Below, piece by piece: positions 55,025-64,000 of a DNA stretch of 64,000 bases (positions are counted from its first letter, which is position 1; each line of letters starts with the position of its first letter). Source of the DNA: Desulfobulbaceae bacterium (GTDB taxonomy: Bacteria; Desulfobacterota; Desulfobulbia; Desulfobulbales; SURF-16); the NCBI GenBank assembly GCA_002868945.1, contig PKTX01000004.1, forward strand, positions 11,047 to 75,046, read 5' to 3'. A model generated the notes under the pieces. That model was not told the origin of the DNA. It did not search any database and saw nothing but the letters and a program-made list of their open reading frames with translations. A program made the position numbers and the translations under genes.

Positions 55025-56619
55025 GCCCCAACGACCTGCCCTGGATCATCAAACATCAGCCGGACCGCTGCACCCTGTGCGGCAAATGCGCCGCAGTCTG
55101 TCCGGTGAACACCCTGAAGCTGGCCTATATGCGCAAGCGCATGCCCAAGGTGGTGCTCTCCTCCACTGAGCGCGGCAGCTCCTTCAAGACCTTTGTCGGC
55201 ATCCGCCAGCGCACCGATGTCGGCCGCCGCTGTGTGGGATGCGGCTCCTGCGCCATGGTCTGCCCCAACGAGGCCATTACCCCGGTCTACAATGCCAATG
55301 ACCGCTACCGCTACCAGGCAACGGCGGGCGGTGAGCCGGTAAAACGCGGCGGTCGCCGCAATGAGCCGGGCGCCAGCCTGCTGGATCGCATCATTTTCAA
55401 CCGCATCTCCATGCTCACGGATCCCGCCCTGGATGCCGGCCGCCATGAATTTTCCTGCAACACCCTGCTGGGTCGCGTCCTGTCACCCGAGGAGTATGTA
55501 CGCCGCAAAATGAGTGGCGAGTGGATACCGCCGGTGCGGGAGATTTTCCCCTTTGTCATCGGCTCCATGTCCTTTGGTGCCCTGTCCCCCAACATGTGGC
55601 TCGGACTATTACAGGGTGTGGCTTATTGCAATGAGGTGCTCGGCATTCCGGTGGTCATGGCCACCGGTGAGGGCGGCTGCCCGCCCTGGGTCCTGAAAAG
55701 CCCCTTTTTGAAGTATGTCATTCTGCAGATCGCTTCCGGCTATTTCGGCTGGGATGAGATCATCCGCGCCATTCCGGATATGCAGTGCGATCCTGCCGCC
55801 ATTGAAATTAAGTATGGCCAGGGCGCCAAGCCCGGTGACGGCGGCCTGCTCCAGTGGTTCAAGGTTTCCAAGCTCATAGCCCGTCTGCGCGGCGTGCCCG
55901 AGGGCGTTGACCTGCCCAGCCCGCCGGTACACCAGACCCTCTACTCCATCGAGGAATCGGTGATGAAGATGATCCAGTCCATGTCCATGGCCTGGAACTT
56001 CAAGGTGCCGGTCTATCCGAAGATCTCCGGGTCCACCTCGGCCAAGTCGGTACTCAACAATCTGGTGCGCAACCCGTACGCCTCGGCCTTGATGATCGAC
56101 GGTATTGACGGCGGCACCGGCGCCGCCTATGACATCTCCCTCAATGCCACCGGCCACCCCATTGCCTCCAATGTCCGCGACTGCTATCTGGACCTCTGTG
56201 CCCAAGGCAAGCAGAATGAAATCCCCATTTTTGCAGCCGGCGGTGTCGGCAAGAACGGCAACGTCGTGCAAAACGGCCTGGCCCTCATCATGCTGGGCGC
56301 CTCCGGCGTCCACATCGGCAAGTTTATCATGCAGTCGGCCGCCGGTTGCCTCGGCTCGGAACGGAACCGCTGCAACGTTTGCAACATCGGCGTCTGCCCC
56401 AAGGGCATCACCAGCCAGAACGCCAAGATCTACCGGCGCCTTGATCCGGATGATGTGGCCCAGCGACTGGTGGAGACCTTTCAATCCATCCAGACAGAGA
56501 TTAAAAAGACCATGGCGCCCCTGGGCCGCTCTCAGAGCCTGCCCATCGGCATGTCCGACGCCCTTGCCATTGCCGACAAGGCCGCCGCTGATCGCCTGAA
56601 GATTCGCTACGTTTGTTAA
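54982..56619 (+). CDS. Glutamate synthase FMN-binding (GltB central domain) subunit with an N-terminal 2x[4Fe-4S] ferredoxin domain
   Basis: The ferredoxin cysteines are CTLCGKCAAVCP and CVGCGSCAMVCP. The FMN domain shows SMSFGALS, KYGQGAKPGDGG, DGIDGGTGAA and FAAGGV. RBS AAGGAG is present. It overlaps the upstream gene by 43 nt. Confidence 0.85.
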   Translation: MVSIRSIHSQPGSLSPNDLPWIIKHQPDRCTLCGKCAAVCPVNTLKLAYMRKRMPKVVLSSTERGSSFKTFVGIRQRTDVGRRCVGCGSCAMVCPNEAITPVYNANDRYRYQATAGGEPVKRGGRRNEPGASLLDRIIFNRISMLTDPALDAGRHEFSCNTLLGRVLSPEEYVRRKMSGEWIPPVREIFPFVIGSMSFGALSPNMWLGLLQGVAYCNEVLGIPVVMATGEGGCPPWVLKSPFLKYVILQIASGYFGWDEIIRAIPDMQCDPAAIEIKYGQGAKPGDGGLLQWFKVSKLIARLRGVPEGVDLPSPPVHQTLYSIEESVMKMIQSMSMAWNFKVPVYPKISGSTSAKSVLNNLVRNPYASALMIDGIDGGTGAAYDISLNATGHPIASNVRDCYLDLCAQGKQNEIPIFAAGGVGKNGNVVQNGLALIMLGASGVHIGKFIMQSAAGCLGSERNRCNVCNIGVCPKGITSQNAKIYRRLDPDDVAQRLVETFQSIQTEIKKTMAPLGRSQSLPIGMSDALAIADKAAADRLKIRYVC

Positions 56620-56631
56620 AGGAATTAAGAT

Positions 56632-58965
56632 ATGAGCAAGAAAATAACAGTAAAAGGAGTGGATGATAACGGCCAGCGCCTCAGCTCCCAGAAGTTTGAA
56701 GAGCTGGTGCAGGAGGCCTTTACCACTTCCCGCCACCTGCTCCTGGAAACATATGGCCAGCATAATGTCGGCGGCCGCCTGAAGTCGGGCGGCGAACCCA
56801 TTTTGGTGGAGGTCAACGGCCCCTGCGGTCAGCGTCTGGGCTGCATGGGCATGCCCGGCACCAAAATCATCTGCCACGGCCCGGCCTCGGACGATGTGGG
56901 TTGGCTCAACATCGGCGCTGAAATCACGGTCAAGGGCAATGCCACCAACGGCGTCTGCAACGCCATGGCCGAGGGCAAGGTCTATGTGGGCGGCTCCATC
57001 GGCGCCCGTGGCCTGACCATGACCAAATGGAATCCCGACTATGAACGGCCGGAACTCTGGGTCCTGGGCTCCTGCGGTGACTCCTTTGCCGAGTTCAACT
57101 GCGGCGGCATTGCCGTGGTCTGCGGTGTTGATGCCAACAACCCGGAGAATCTCCTGGGATATCGACCCTGTGTGGGCATGGTGGGCGGCGCCATCTACTA
57201 TCGCGGCAAGATCGACCGCTCCTACTCCCAGATCAATGTCAAGGCCATCCTGCCGGACAACACCCAGTGGCAGTGGCTCATGGACCGGCTGCCCGCCTAC
57301 CTGGAGGCCATTGGCCGGCCGGAATTGCTGGAGGAGCTTTCCCAACGTGACGAGTGGGGCATGCTGATGGCCATTCCGCCCCAGGAACGGGCCCTGATGA
57401 AGACCTCGCCTATGCCCATGGAGGAGTTCAAACAGAAGATCTGGAATCCCGGTTTCGGTGGTGGCGACCCCATCCGCGATCTGGCCCCCGGCCTGGACCG
57501 TTCCGTGATCGGCATGGTGGAGACCGGCGACCTGCGCCGCAAAAAACCGTTCTGGGCCAACCGCGACAAGGCGGCGCCCTGCGCCTACTACTGTCCGGTC
57601 CACATCCCCACCATTGACCGCCTGCGTTTAATGCGGGAGGGCAAGGGCAAGGAGGCCTATGAAATGCTCATGGAGTATACGCCGCTGCCCGCCTCCGTCT
57701 GTGGTCATATCTGCCCCAACCTCTGTATGCAGAACTGCTCGCGCCAGAAGGTGGATGAAAAGATCGATGTACAGATGCTCGGCCGCGCCGCCAAGGATGA
57801 ACCACCTCCCAAGTCGGATCCGCCCCTGGGCAAGAAGGTGGCCATCATCGGCGGTGGTCCGGCCGGCATGAACGCGGCCTGGCAGCTGGCCAAAGGCGGC
57901 GTTGAGGCCCACATCTTTGAAAAGGACCACCGACTCGGCGGCAAACTGGCCCAGGTCATCCCCTGGGAACGAATGCCGCAGGCCATCTGGGAATCTGAAA
58001 TCTCCCGTTTCATGGCCGTGGACAATATCAAGGTCCACTTCGGCGTGGACATGACCAAGGAGCGCTTCGCCGAGCTCAAAAACGAGTATGACCACGTGAT
58101 TGTTGCCGTGGGCACCCATCAACCACGCACCCTGCGCTTCCCCGGACATGAGCGGGTTATCCCCGCCCTTGATTTTCTGAAGGCAGCCAAGGGAGACAAT
58201 CCCCCCAAGATCGGCAAGCAGGTGGTGATCATCGGTGCCGGCAATGTCGGATGTGACGTGGCCTGTGACGCTTACAAGCTCGGCGCCGAGCAGGTTACCC
58301 TGGTGGACATCCAGCAGCCCATGGCCTTTGGCAAGGAAAAGGCGGCAGCCGAGGCCCTGGGCGCCAAATTCAAGTGGCCCGTACAGACCAAGGAGGTCAC
58401 GGCAGAGGGTCTGGTGGATGCGGCCGGCCATCTCATTCCGGCCCAGACCGTCATTATTTCCATCGGTGATGTGCCCGCCCTTGACTTCCTGCCCGACAGT
58501 GTTGAGGTGCTCAATGTGGGCGGCGCAGCCTGGGTCAAATCCAACGCAGCCGGACGCACCTCCGACCCCAAGGTCTCGGCCATCGGCGACGTGGAACGGC
58601 CCGGCCTGGCCACCAACGCCCTGGGCGCCGGCAAAAATACGGCAGAGGCCCTGCTGGCCCAGTTCAAGGGCGAGGAGTGGCACGGCTTTGCCCAGGACCT
58701 GATTCCCCAGTCCCGCCTGACCCTGGCCCATTATGCCCCGGAACAGTGCGGTATCTCCGAGTCATCAGAGGCGGAACGCTGTCTGAGCTGCGGCACCTGC
58801 CGCGACTGCCACCTCTGCGAGACCATCTGCCCGGAACAGGCCATCAGCCGCGAAAAACTGCCGGACGACTCCTTCCGCTACGTCTCCGACGATGACAAAT
58901 GTATTGCCTGCGGATTCTGCGCCGACACCTGTCCCTGCGGCATCTGGGTACTCCAGCCTTTTTAG
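56632..58965 (+). CDS. Fusion of the glutamate synthase GXGXG domain, a GltD-like NAD(P)H oxidoreductase and a C-terminal 2x[4Fe-4S] ferredoxin
   Basis: The GXGXG-domain repeats are GQRLGCMGMPGTKIICHGPASDDVGW...VKGNATNGVCNAMAEGKVYVGGS. The GltD-type cluster cysteines are CPVHIP...CGHICPNLCMQNC. The dinucleotide motifs are VAIIGGGPAG and VVIIGAGNVGCD. The tail is CLSCGTCRDC...CIACGFCADTCP. Confidence 0.85.
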   Translation: MSKKITVKGVDDNGQRLSSQKFEELVQEAFTTSRHLLLETYGQHNVGGRLKSGGEPILVEVNGPCGQRLGCMGMPGTKIICHGPASDDVGWLNIGAEITVKGNATNGVCNAMAEGKVYVGGSIGARGLTMTKWNPDYERPELWVLGSCGDSFAEFNCGGIAVVCGVDANNPENLLGYRPCVGMVGGAIYYRGKIDRSYSQINVKAILPDNTQWQWLMDRLPAYLEAIGRPELLEELSQRDEWGMLMAIPPQERALMKTSPMPMEEFKQKIWNPGFGGGDPIRDLAPGLDRSVIGMVETGDLRRKKPFWANRDKAAPCAYYCPVHIPTIDRLRLMREGKGKEAYEMLMEYTPLPASVCGHICPNLCMQNCSRQKVDEKIDVQMLGRAAKDEPPPKSDPPLGKKVAIIGGGPAGMNAAWQLAKGGVEAHIFEKDHRLGGKLAQVIPWERMPQAIWESEISRFMAVDNIKVHFGVDMTKERFAELKNEYDHVIVAVGTHQPRTLRFPGHERVIPALDFLKAAKGDNPPKIGKQVVIIGAGNVGCDVACDAYKLGAEQVTLVDIQQPMAFGKEKAAAEALGAKFKWPVQTKEVTAEGLVDAAGHLIPAQTVIISIGDVPALDFLPDSVEVLNVGGAAWVKSNAAGRTSDPKVSAIGDVERPGLATNALGAGKNTAEALLAQFKGEEWHGFAQDLIPQSRLTLAHYAPEQCGISESSEAERCLSCGTCRDCHLCETICPEQAISREKLPDDSFRYVSDDDKCIACGFCADTCPCGIWVLQPF

Positions 58966-59018
58966 GCGGCTCTCTTATTGTTCAGCCGACAGGCCGCCCC
59001 TCCCATAAGGGTGTCTTT

Positions 59019-59152
59019 AATAATTAGATTTTTCGTTCAAGATCAAGGCATGCGAAAAAAATAAGCGCAGGCATATATTTGATATTCCGAGCATTATTTT
59101 TTGAGCATAACGCAGAGATTGGACGAAAAAGCAATTATTCAAGATAGCCATA
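59019..59152. repeat. Mosaic intergenic repeat, locus R8 (type A core without TIRs, plus module E)
   Basis: The reverse complement reads atggctatcttgaataattgct...gttatgctcaaaaaataatgctcggaatatc.atatatgcctgcgcttattttt..cgca.gccttgatct.gaacgaaa. Confidence 0.6.
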
Positions 59153-59182
59153 AGTTTTGTGGTAGGAAATGCGACCTGAAAA

Positions 59183-59215
59183 GGGGTTTGCTGGTGACAG
59201 CAGGCCCCTTTTTTT
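59183..59215 (+). terminator. Rho-independent terminator after the glutamate synthase operon
   Basis: The 11-bp stem is ggggtttgctg / cagcaggcccc (two G-U pairs), with loop gtga, followed by T7. Confidence 0.75.
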
Positions 59216-59370
59216 GTTAGTGAAACATTACAGACAAATCGGCTGTCATATTGACGACAACCACCTGCCCAGGACCTAACAGCCCGACAAAAAACAACAG
59301 CGTTCGCTGCCTTTTTCAACGGGCCGACAAGGGTAGACCATAATGCGTTTTATTTATGCGAGGATCAACC

Positions 59371-60480
59371 ATGACCGCACCTTCCGACAAGAGAGACATC
59401 ACCTTCCCCAGCCTGCCAAGCATCGACCAGGGCCAGCTTGATGAGGCCTGGGCCGAAGCAGCGCGCCAGAGTGCCGAATATGCCCCCGGCGAACGCCGGG
59501 CCCTCAAGGAACGCATCAAACAACTCCTGAAGGAGCAGGATGCCGTGCTGGTGGCCCACTACTACACCTCCGACGACCTGCAGCAGCTGGCCGAAGAGAC
59601 CGGCGGCCACGTGGCCGATTCCCTGGAGATGGCCCGCTTCGGCAATGAACATCCGGCCTCCACGCTGGTGGTGGCCGGCGTCTGCTTCATGGGGGAGACC
59701 GCCAAGATACTCAATCCCGAAAAACGGGTATTAATGCCGGACAAACGCGCCACCTGCTCCCTGGATCTGGAGTGTCCGGCCGAGCCCTTTGCCCGGTTTT
59801 GCGATGCGCACCCCGACTACACCAGTGTCGTTTACGCCAACACCAGTGCCGCGGTAAAGGCCAGGGCCGACTGGGTGGTGACCTCCGGCATTGCCCTGCC
59901 CATTATCAAACACCTGGCCACACAGCAGGAAAAGGTGCTCTGGGCCCCGGATCGACACCTGGGTTCCTACGTGCAGGGCCGCACCGGTGTCGACATGCTG
60001 ATCTGGCCGGGCAGCTGCGTGGTGCATGAACAGTTCAAGGCCGATGGCATCAAAAAACTGCACGAAAAGTATCCGCAGGCCCAGGTCCTGGTCCATCCCG
60101 AATCACCGGCCGACGTCATTGCCCTGGCCGATGTGGTTGACTCCACCACCGGCCTGATCAAGGCCTCCCTCAACCCCGAGGTCCAGCAGTTCATTGTGGC
60201 AACCGAGCCGGGCATCTTCTACAAGATGAAACAGGCCTCGCCCCGGAAAACCTTTCTGGAGGCACCCAGCGGCGGCCTGGGCGGTAGCTGCGAGAGCTGT
60301 CTGCGCTGTCCCTGGATGGCCATGAACGGCCTGCGCAACCTGGCCCGGGTCCTGGAGACCGGCGACCAGGAGATCACTATCAACGAGGATGTTCGGCGCA
60401 AGGCCCTGCTGCCCATTCAGCGCATGCTCGACTTTGCCAAGCAGCAGCGCATCACCATGAAGGACAAGGGGAACGCCTGA
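59371..60480 (+). CDS. nadA: Quinolinate synthase NadA
   Basis: [54 protein letters not shown] and HPESP are conserved NadA blocks. The start is the ATG at 59371, with RBS AGGA. Confidence 0.9.
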   Translation: MTAPSDKRDITFPSLPSIDQGQLDEAWAEAARQSAEYAPGERRALKERIKQLLKEQDAVLVAHYYTSDDLQQLAEETGGHVADSLEMARFGNEHPASTLVVAGVCFMGETAKILNPEKRVLMPDKRATCSLDLECPAEPFARFCDAHPDYTSVVYANTSAAVKARADWVVTSGIALPIIKHLATQQEKVLWAPDRHLGSYVQGRTGVDMLIWPGSCVVHEQFKADGIKKLHEKYPQAQVLVHPESPADVIALADVVDSTTGLIKASLNPEVQQFIVATEPGIFYKMKQASPRKTFLEAPSGGLGGSCESCLRCPWMAMNGLRNLARVLETGDQEITINEDVRRKALLPIQRMLDFAKQQRITMKDKGNA

Positions 60481-60512
60481 GCCCTCCTCCGACAGCCTGC
60501 CCCTGCACAAAG

Positions 60513-60550
60513 GTCGCGGCGCGCAACCGGGAAGCGCTGGGCGCCGCGAC
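60513..60550. other. GC-rich perfect 10-bp-stem hairpin downstream of nadA (no T-run)
   Basis: gtcgcggcgc ... gcgccgcgac with an 18-nt loop. It may stabilise the transcript 3' end or act as a weak terminator. Confidence 0.4.
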
Positions 60551-60895
60551 AGTCTAGCGGATGAGGTCTTCGTGGTCCGCCGCGTCTCACCCGACCTAAT
60601 GGCCTTCAGACAGAACCTCCCGGTTGTAGCGCACAGTTTGCCCGACAAAAACAGAGGTGGGCAGGCATCTGCGGCACAGCAAGAGAAAGACCTCGGTTCC
60701 CTGCATGCCGGGTTGGCGGGCCCACCTGGTCACCAAAGAGGCAAATTGTCGCGATGCGACAATTTTTCCATAAAAAATGAAATTAATTGCCAACAATTTT
60801 TTACAACTTTCGTACAATGGTTCTCCAGTTCCAGAATTTTGGTGACACTGTGCGCCAAACAACATTCCCCGCTTTTGTCTCAGAGAGGATGACAC

Positions 60896-62173
60896 ATGGA
60901 TGACTTCAAGTTCGAAACCCTGGCCCTGCATGCCGGCCACACCGTTGACAATGATACCCTGTCCAGAGGGGTACCCATCTATCGCACGAGCTCCTATCTC
61001 TTCCGCGATACCGAACATGCCGCCAACCTTTTCGGCCTGAAGGAAATGGGCAACATCTATACGCGCCTGATGAACCCCACCCAGGATGTCCTGGAAAAGA
61101 GGGTGGCGGCCCTGGAAGGCGGCGTCGCCGCCCTGGCCCTTGCCTCAGGGACCTCGGCAATCTTCTACACAATTATCAACATCTGCAAACAGGGGGATGA
61201 GGTTGTGGCGGCCAACAACCTCTACGGCGGCACCTATACCCAATTTGACACCATCCTGCCCCAGCTCGGCGTCACGGTTCGTCTTGTCGACCCCAGTGAC
61301 CCGGCCAACTTTGCGGCAGCCGTCAATGAGCGGACCAGGGCGATCTATTGTGAAACCATCGGCAATCCCGGCCTGGATATGACCGACCTTGAGGCGGTGA
61401 GCAAGGTGGCCAAGAAGCATCACCTGCCCCTTATTGTTGATTCCACCTTTACACCGCCCTGCCTGCTGCGTCCCCTGGAGCACGGCGCCGATATCGTCCT
61501 CCACTCCCTCACCAAATGGATGGGCGGCCATGGTGTTGCTGTCGGCGGTATTGTCGTGGACGGCGGCACCTTTGACTGGACCGACTCCCGTTTCACCCTC
61601 TACAATGAACCTGACCCCAGTTATCACGGCCTGCGCTATGGCCATGATCTCGGCGAGCTTAGTCCGATGGCCTTTGCCCTGCGCATGCGCCTTGTTGCCC
61701 TGCGAAACCTGGGGGCCTGTATTTCTCCGGACAATGCCTGGTGTTTCCTGCAGGGCCTGGAAACCCTGGCCCTGCGCATGGAGCGCCACTGTGCCAACGC
61801 CCAGGCCGTTGCCGACTACCTGAACGGCCATGACCAGGTGGAGTGGGTGCGTTATCCCGGCCTGGAGGAGAACGGCCCGGCCCGCAGATATCTGAAAAAC
61901 GGTTTCGGCGGCATGGTGGCCTGTGGCCTGAAGTCGGGCCGCGCCGGCGGCCAGAAGTTCATCGAGGCCCTCAGACTCTTTTCCCACCTGGCCAATGTCG
62001 GCGATGCCAAGTCCCTGGCCATCCATCCGGCCACCACCACCCACTCCCAGCTCAGCAAAGAGCAGCTGGAGGATGCCGGTCTGTCGGAGTCGATGATCCG
62101 TCTGTCAGTGGGCATTGAAAATATCGACGACATCCTGGCCGACCTGGACCAGGCCCTGTCCGCCTGCGCTTAG
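60896..62173 (+). CDS. metY: O-acetylhomoserine sulfhydrylase (PLP-dependent, MetY/Cys-Met metabolism family)
   Basis: FETLALHAGH, PIYRTSSY, NPT..VLE.RVAALEGG, and HSLTKWMGGHG, where the K is the PLP-binding lysine. RBS GAGAGGA is present. Confidence 0.9.
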   Translation: MDDFKFETLALHAGHTVDNDTLSRGVPIYRTSSYLFRDTEHAANLFGLKEMGNIYTRLMNPTQDVLEKRVAALEGGVAALALASGTSAIFYTIINICKQGDEVVAANNLYGGTYTQFDTILPQLGVTVRLVDPSDPANFAAAVNERTRAIYCETIGNPGLDMTDLEAVSKVAKKHHLPLIVDSTFTPPCLLRPLEHGADIVLHSLTKWMGGHGVAVGGIVVDGGTFDWTDSRFTLYNEPDPSYHGLRYGHDLGELSPMAFALRMRLVALRNLGACISPDNAWCFLQGLETLALRMERHCANAQAVADYLNGHDQVEWVRYPGLEENGPARRYLKNGFGGMVACGLKSGRAGGQKFIEALRLFSHLANVGDAKSLAIHPATTTHSQLSKEQLEDAGLSESMIRLSVGIENIDDILADLDQALSACA

Positions 62174-62185
62174 AAGGAGAATGGC

Positions 62186-63310
62186 GTGCTGGAAACCGGC
62201 AAAAAATATTATACCTTTGCCGATAACGGTGAGGGCCTGGAGCTTGACTGCGGCAGCAGGCTGGGCCCGGTAACCCTGGCCTACGAGACCTATGGCGAAC
62301 TCAGCGCCGCCCACGACAATGCCATCCTCATTCTGCATGCCTTTACGGGCGACTCCCATGTCGCCTCCCACCCCGGCTTGCAGGGCGAGGCCGCCCTGCC
62401 CGGCTGGTGGGAGACCATGGTGGGACCGGGTAAGGCCATTGACACGGAGAAATACTTTGTCATCTGCTCCAATATCCTGGGAAGCTGCATGGGCTCCACC
62501 GGCCCCTGTTCCCTGAACCCGGCCACCAATGCCCCCTACGGCCTCGACTTCCCGCTGGTGACCATTGCCGACATGGTGCGGGCCCAGAAACAGCTTATCG
62601 ATCATCTGCAGATCCGCAGACTTGTTGCCGTGATCGGCGGCTCGGTGGGTGGCATGCAGGCCCTGCAATGGTGCCTGAGCTATCCACAGATGGTGCGCGC
62701 CGCTATTCCTCTGGCCACCACCATGCGCCACTCCGCCCAGGCCATTGCCTTTAATGAAATTGCCCGCCAGGCCATCATGGCGGATCCCAACTGGAACAAC
62801 GGCAGATATGGCGCTAAACCGCCGGAACTGGGCCTGGCCGTGGCCCGCATGATAGGCCATGTCACCTACCTCTCTGACGAGGCCATGCGGCGCAAGTTCG
62901 GCCGCCGTCTCCAGGACCGTCACGATTTTTCCTTCCATTTTGAAAGCGATTTTCAGGTGGAAAGCTATCTGCGCCACCAGGGCAGCAAGTTTGTGCGCCG
63001 TTTTGACGCCAACTCGCTGCTCTATCTCACCAAGGCTGCCGACTATTTCGACTTGACCGGCAGTGATGAGGGCTCCATTGTCGGCCTGGCCGGTGCTGAT
63101 ATCCGTTTTCTGGTGATTTCCTTCACCTCGGACTGGCTTTACCCCACCTATCAATCCCGCGAAATGGTGCACGCCTTAAAGAGAGAGGGACTTGATGTCA
63201 GTTTCTGCGAGATAGAGGCGGACTGCGGCCATGACGCCTTTCTCCTTGAAAATGAGCGGCTGAAAAACATGGTGCGCGGCTTTCTGGCAGGGGTGAGCAA
63301 AAATGGGTGA
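62186..63310 (+). CDS. metX: Homoserine O-acetyltransferase MetX
   Basis: NAILILHAFTGDSH, WWETMVGPGKAIDTEKYFVICSNILGSCMGSTGP, VIGGSVGGMQALQW and GHDAFL are conserved MetX blocks. GTG start with RBS GAAGGAGAA. Confidence 0.9.
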   Translation: MLETGKKYYTFADNGEGLELDCGSRLGPVTLAYETYGELSAAHDNAILILHAFTGDSHVASHPGLQGEAALPGWWETMVGPGKAIDTEKYFVICSNILGSCMGSTGPCSLNPATNAPYGLDFPLVTIADMVRAQKQLIDHLQIRRLVAVIGGSVGGMQALQWCLSYPQMVRAAIPLATTMRHSAQAIAFNEIARQAIMADPNWNNGRYGAKPPELGLAVARMIGHVTYLSDEAMRRKFGRRLQDRHDFSFHFESDFQVESYLRHQGSKFVRRFDANSLLYLTKAADYFDLTGSDEGSIVGLAGADIRFLVISFTSDWLYPTYQSREMVHALKREGLDVSFCEIEADCGHDAFLLENERLKNMVRGFLAGVSKNG

Positions 63311-63317
63311 GGATGTC

Positions 63318-63923
63318 ATGCGTTTTGATCTGCAGGTCATCTCTTCATGGATTACGCCGGGCAGCAGGGTGCTTTACCTGGGCTGCGGCCATGGTGACCT
63401 TCTCTATCACCTGCAGTCGCACAAGAATGTGCGGGGTGTCGGCATTGAGGCGGATCGGGAAAAGGCGGCCTTCTGCATCAGTCGAGGCCTCTCCGTGCTC
63501 CAGGAAAATTTCAATGAAGAGATTCTCGATTACCCGGCCAACCATTTTGACTATGTGGTGCTGAGCCAAACCCTGCAGCAGGTCTATCGGCCCGAAGAAT
63601 TGATTCGCAATCTGCTTGTCATCGGCAGGCGGGTCATTGTCAGTTTTCCCAACTTCAGTCATTGGCGGGGCCGCTTGCAGCTGCTCTGCACCGGCACGGC
63701 CCCCAAGAATGAACATCTGCCTTACGAGTGGTACACCACCCCCAACATCCGGGTCATTGCCATGAAGGATTTCCGCAAGTTTCTGGCAACCATCAACGCC
63801 GAGATCGTCCACGAGGTGGCAATCAACAGCCACCATCACCAGAAAAAGGGCAATATCATCCATTTTCTGCCCGATTGGCGCGCCACCTACGGCATTTTCC
63901 TGATCACGGCCCGCAACCGCTGA
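63318..63923 (+). CDS. metW: Methionine biosynthesis protein MetW
   Basis: MRFDLQVISSWI..GSRVLYLGCGHGDLL...GVGIE is the conserved MetW N-terminus. The gene follows metX, as is usual for the metXW pair. Confidence 0.85.
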   Translation: MRFDLQVISSWITPGSRVLYLGCGHGDLLYHLQSHKNVRGVGIEADREKAAFCISRGLSVLQENFNEEILDYPANHFDYVVLSQTLQQVYRPEELIRNLLVIGRRVIVSFPNFSHWRGRLQLLCTGTAPKNEHLPYEWYTTPNIRVIAMKDFRKFLATINAEIVHEVAINSHHHQKKGNIIHFLPDWRATYGIFLITARNR

Positions 63924-63961
63924 AACAGCCTTTCCCAACAGCCTTTCCCAACAGCCTTGCC
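63924..63961. repeat. 13-bp tandem repeat (aacagcctttccc x2 plus a degenerate third copy)
   Basis: It starts immediately after the metW stop: aacagcctttccc aacagcctttccc aacagccttgcc. Confidence 0.7.
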
Positions 63962-64000
63962 TGCCCGAAACCGACCCTTGTCAAGTCTCGCAGGTTCGCT

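Noticed and set aside
55609-57603. 664-aa ORF antisense to the glutamate synthase genes
   Set aside because: It is a shadow ORF. The plus-strand frames carry unmistakable GltB/GltD motifs. The antisense translation is low-complexity (G/A/H/L-rich).
60481-60895. Possible SAM-type riboswitch or attenuator in the 415-bp leader of metY-metX-metW, including the hairpin aaattgtcgc-gat-gcgacaattt at 60743-60765
   Set aside because: I could not recognise SAM-I or SAM-II consensus elements. The hairpin alone is insufficient. An Rfam/Infernal scan would be needed.
61145-63172. Long minus-strand ORFs (299 and 355 aa) antisense to metY and metX
   Set aside because: They are shadow frames. The plus-strand products match highly conserved MetY/MetX blocks.
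1-64000. CRISPR arrays, rRNA genes, transposase/integrase genes and prophage genes
   Set aside because: I looked for regularly spaced short direct repeats and for the corresponding protein signatures in the ORF track and found none. The dispersed repeats present are irregularly spaced MITE-like elements, not CRISPR arrays.

Overview
High-GC (about 58-60% by eye) bacterial chromosome segment. Gene content suggests a Desulfobacterota-type anaerobe: a multiheme cytochrome c, a sigma-54 regulator, a split archaeal-type glutamate synthase and many sensor kinases. That taxonomic guess is inference only.

What I can call, in order:
- yefM-yoeB toxin-antitoxin pair
- secreted heptaheme cytochrome c
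- two-gene phosphorelay, a thiamine-diphosphate (ALS-like) enzyme and a sulfotransferase
- two citrate-synthase-like paralogs
- TonB-dependent receptor with two orphan periplasmic binding proteins
- OmpW-like barrel protein, an MscS-family channel and a large AAA+ protein with an unassignable N-terminal domain
- pair of secreted proteins, one with a His/Asp-rich tail
- minus-strand operon of sensor kinase, NtrC-type regulator, porin, small PBP-like protein and diguanylate cyclase
- tRNA-Arg(ACG)
- complete type II secretion system (T2SS) operon, gspE-F-H-J-I-K-L-M-(C-like)-D-G, with a lipoprotein secretin
- AT-rich split sulfotransferase attached to the end of that operon
- hemY, an M48/TPR protease, a J-domain protein and an orphan feoA
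- three-gene glutamate synthase, then nadA and metY-metX-metW

Most unusual observations:
1. A tandem pair of secreted, Met-rich paralogs is built from a strict heptad x-I-G-x-M-A-D repeat. They lie divergent to the T2SS operon, and I cannot assign them to any family.
2. A dense, modular set of MITE-like intergenic mosaic repeats fills nearly every long intergenic gap. Two 139-bp copies differ at only 3 positions.
3. Outer-membrane barrel plus PBP-like proteins appear twice, once wired to signalling genes and neither time next to a transporter permease or ATPase.

No CRISPR array, rRNA gene, integrase or transposase gene was seen. All functional calls come from reading motifs in the supplied translations; no database search was possible.
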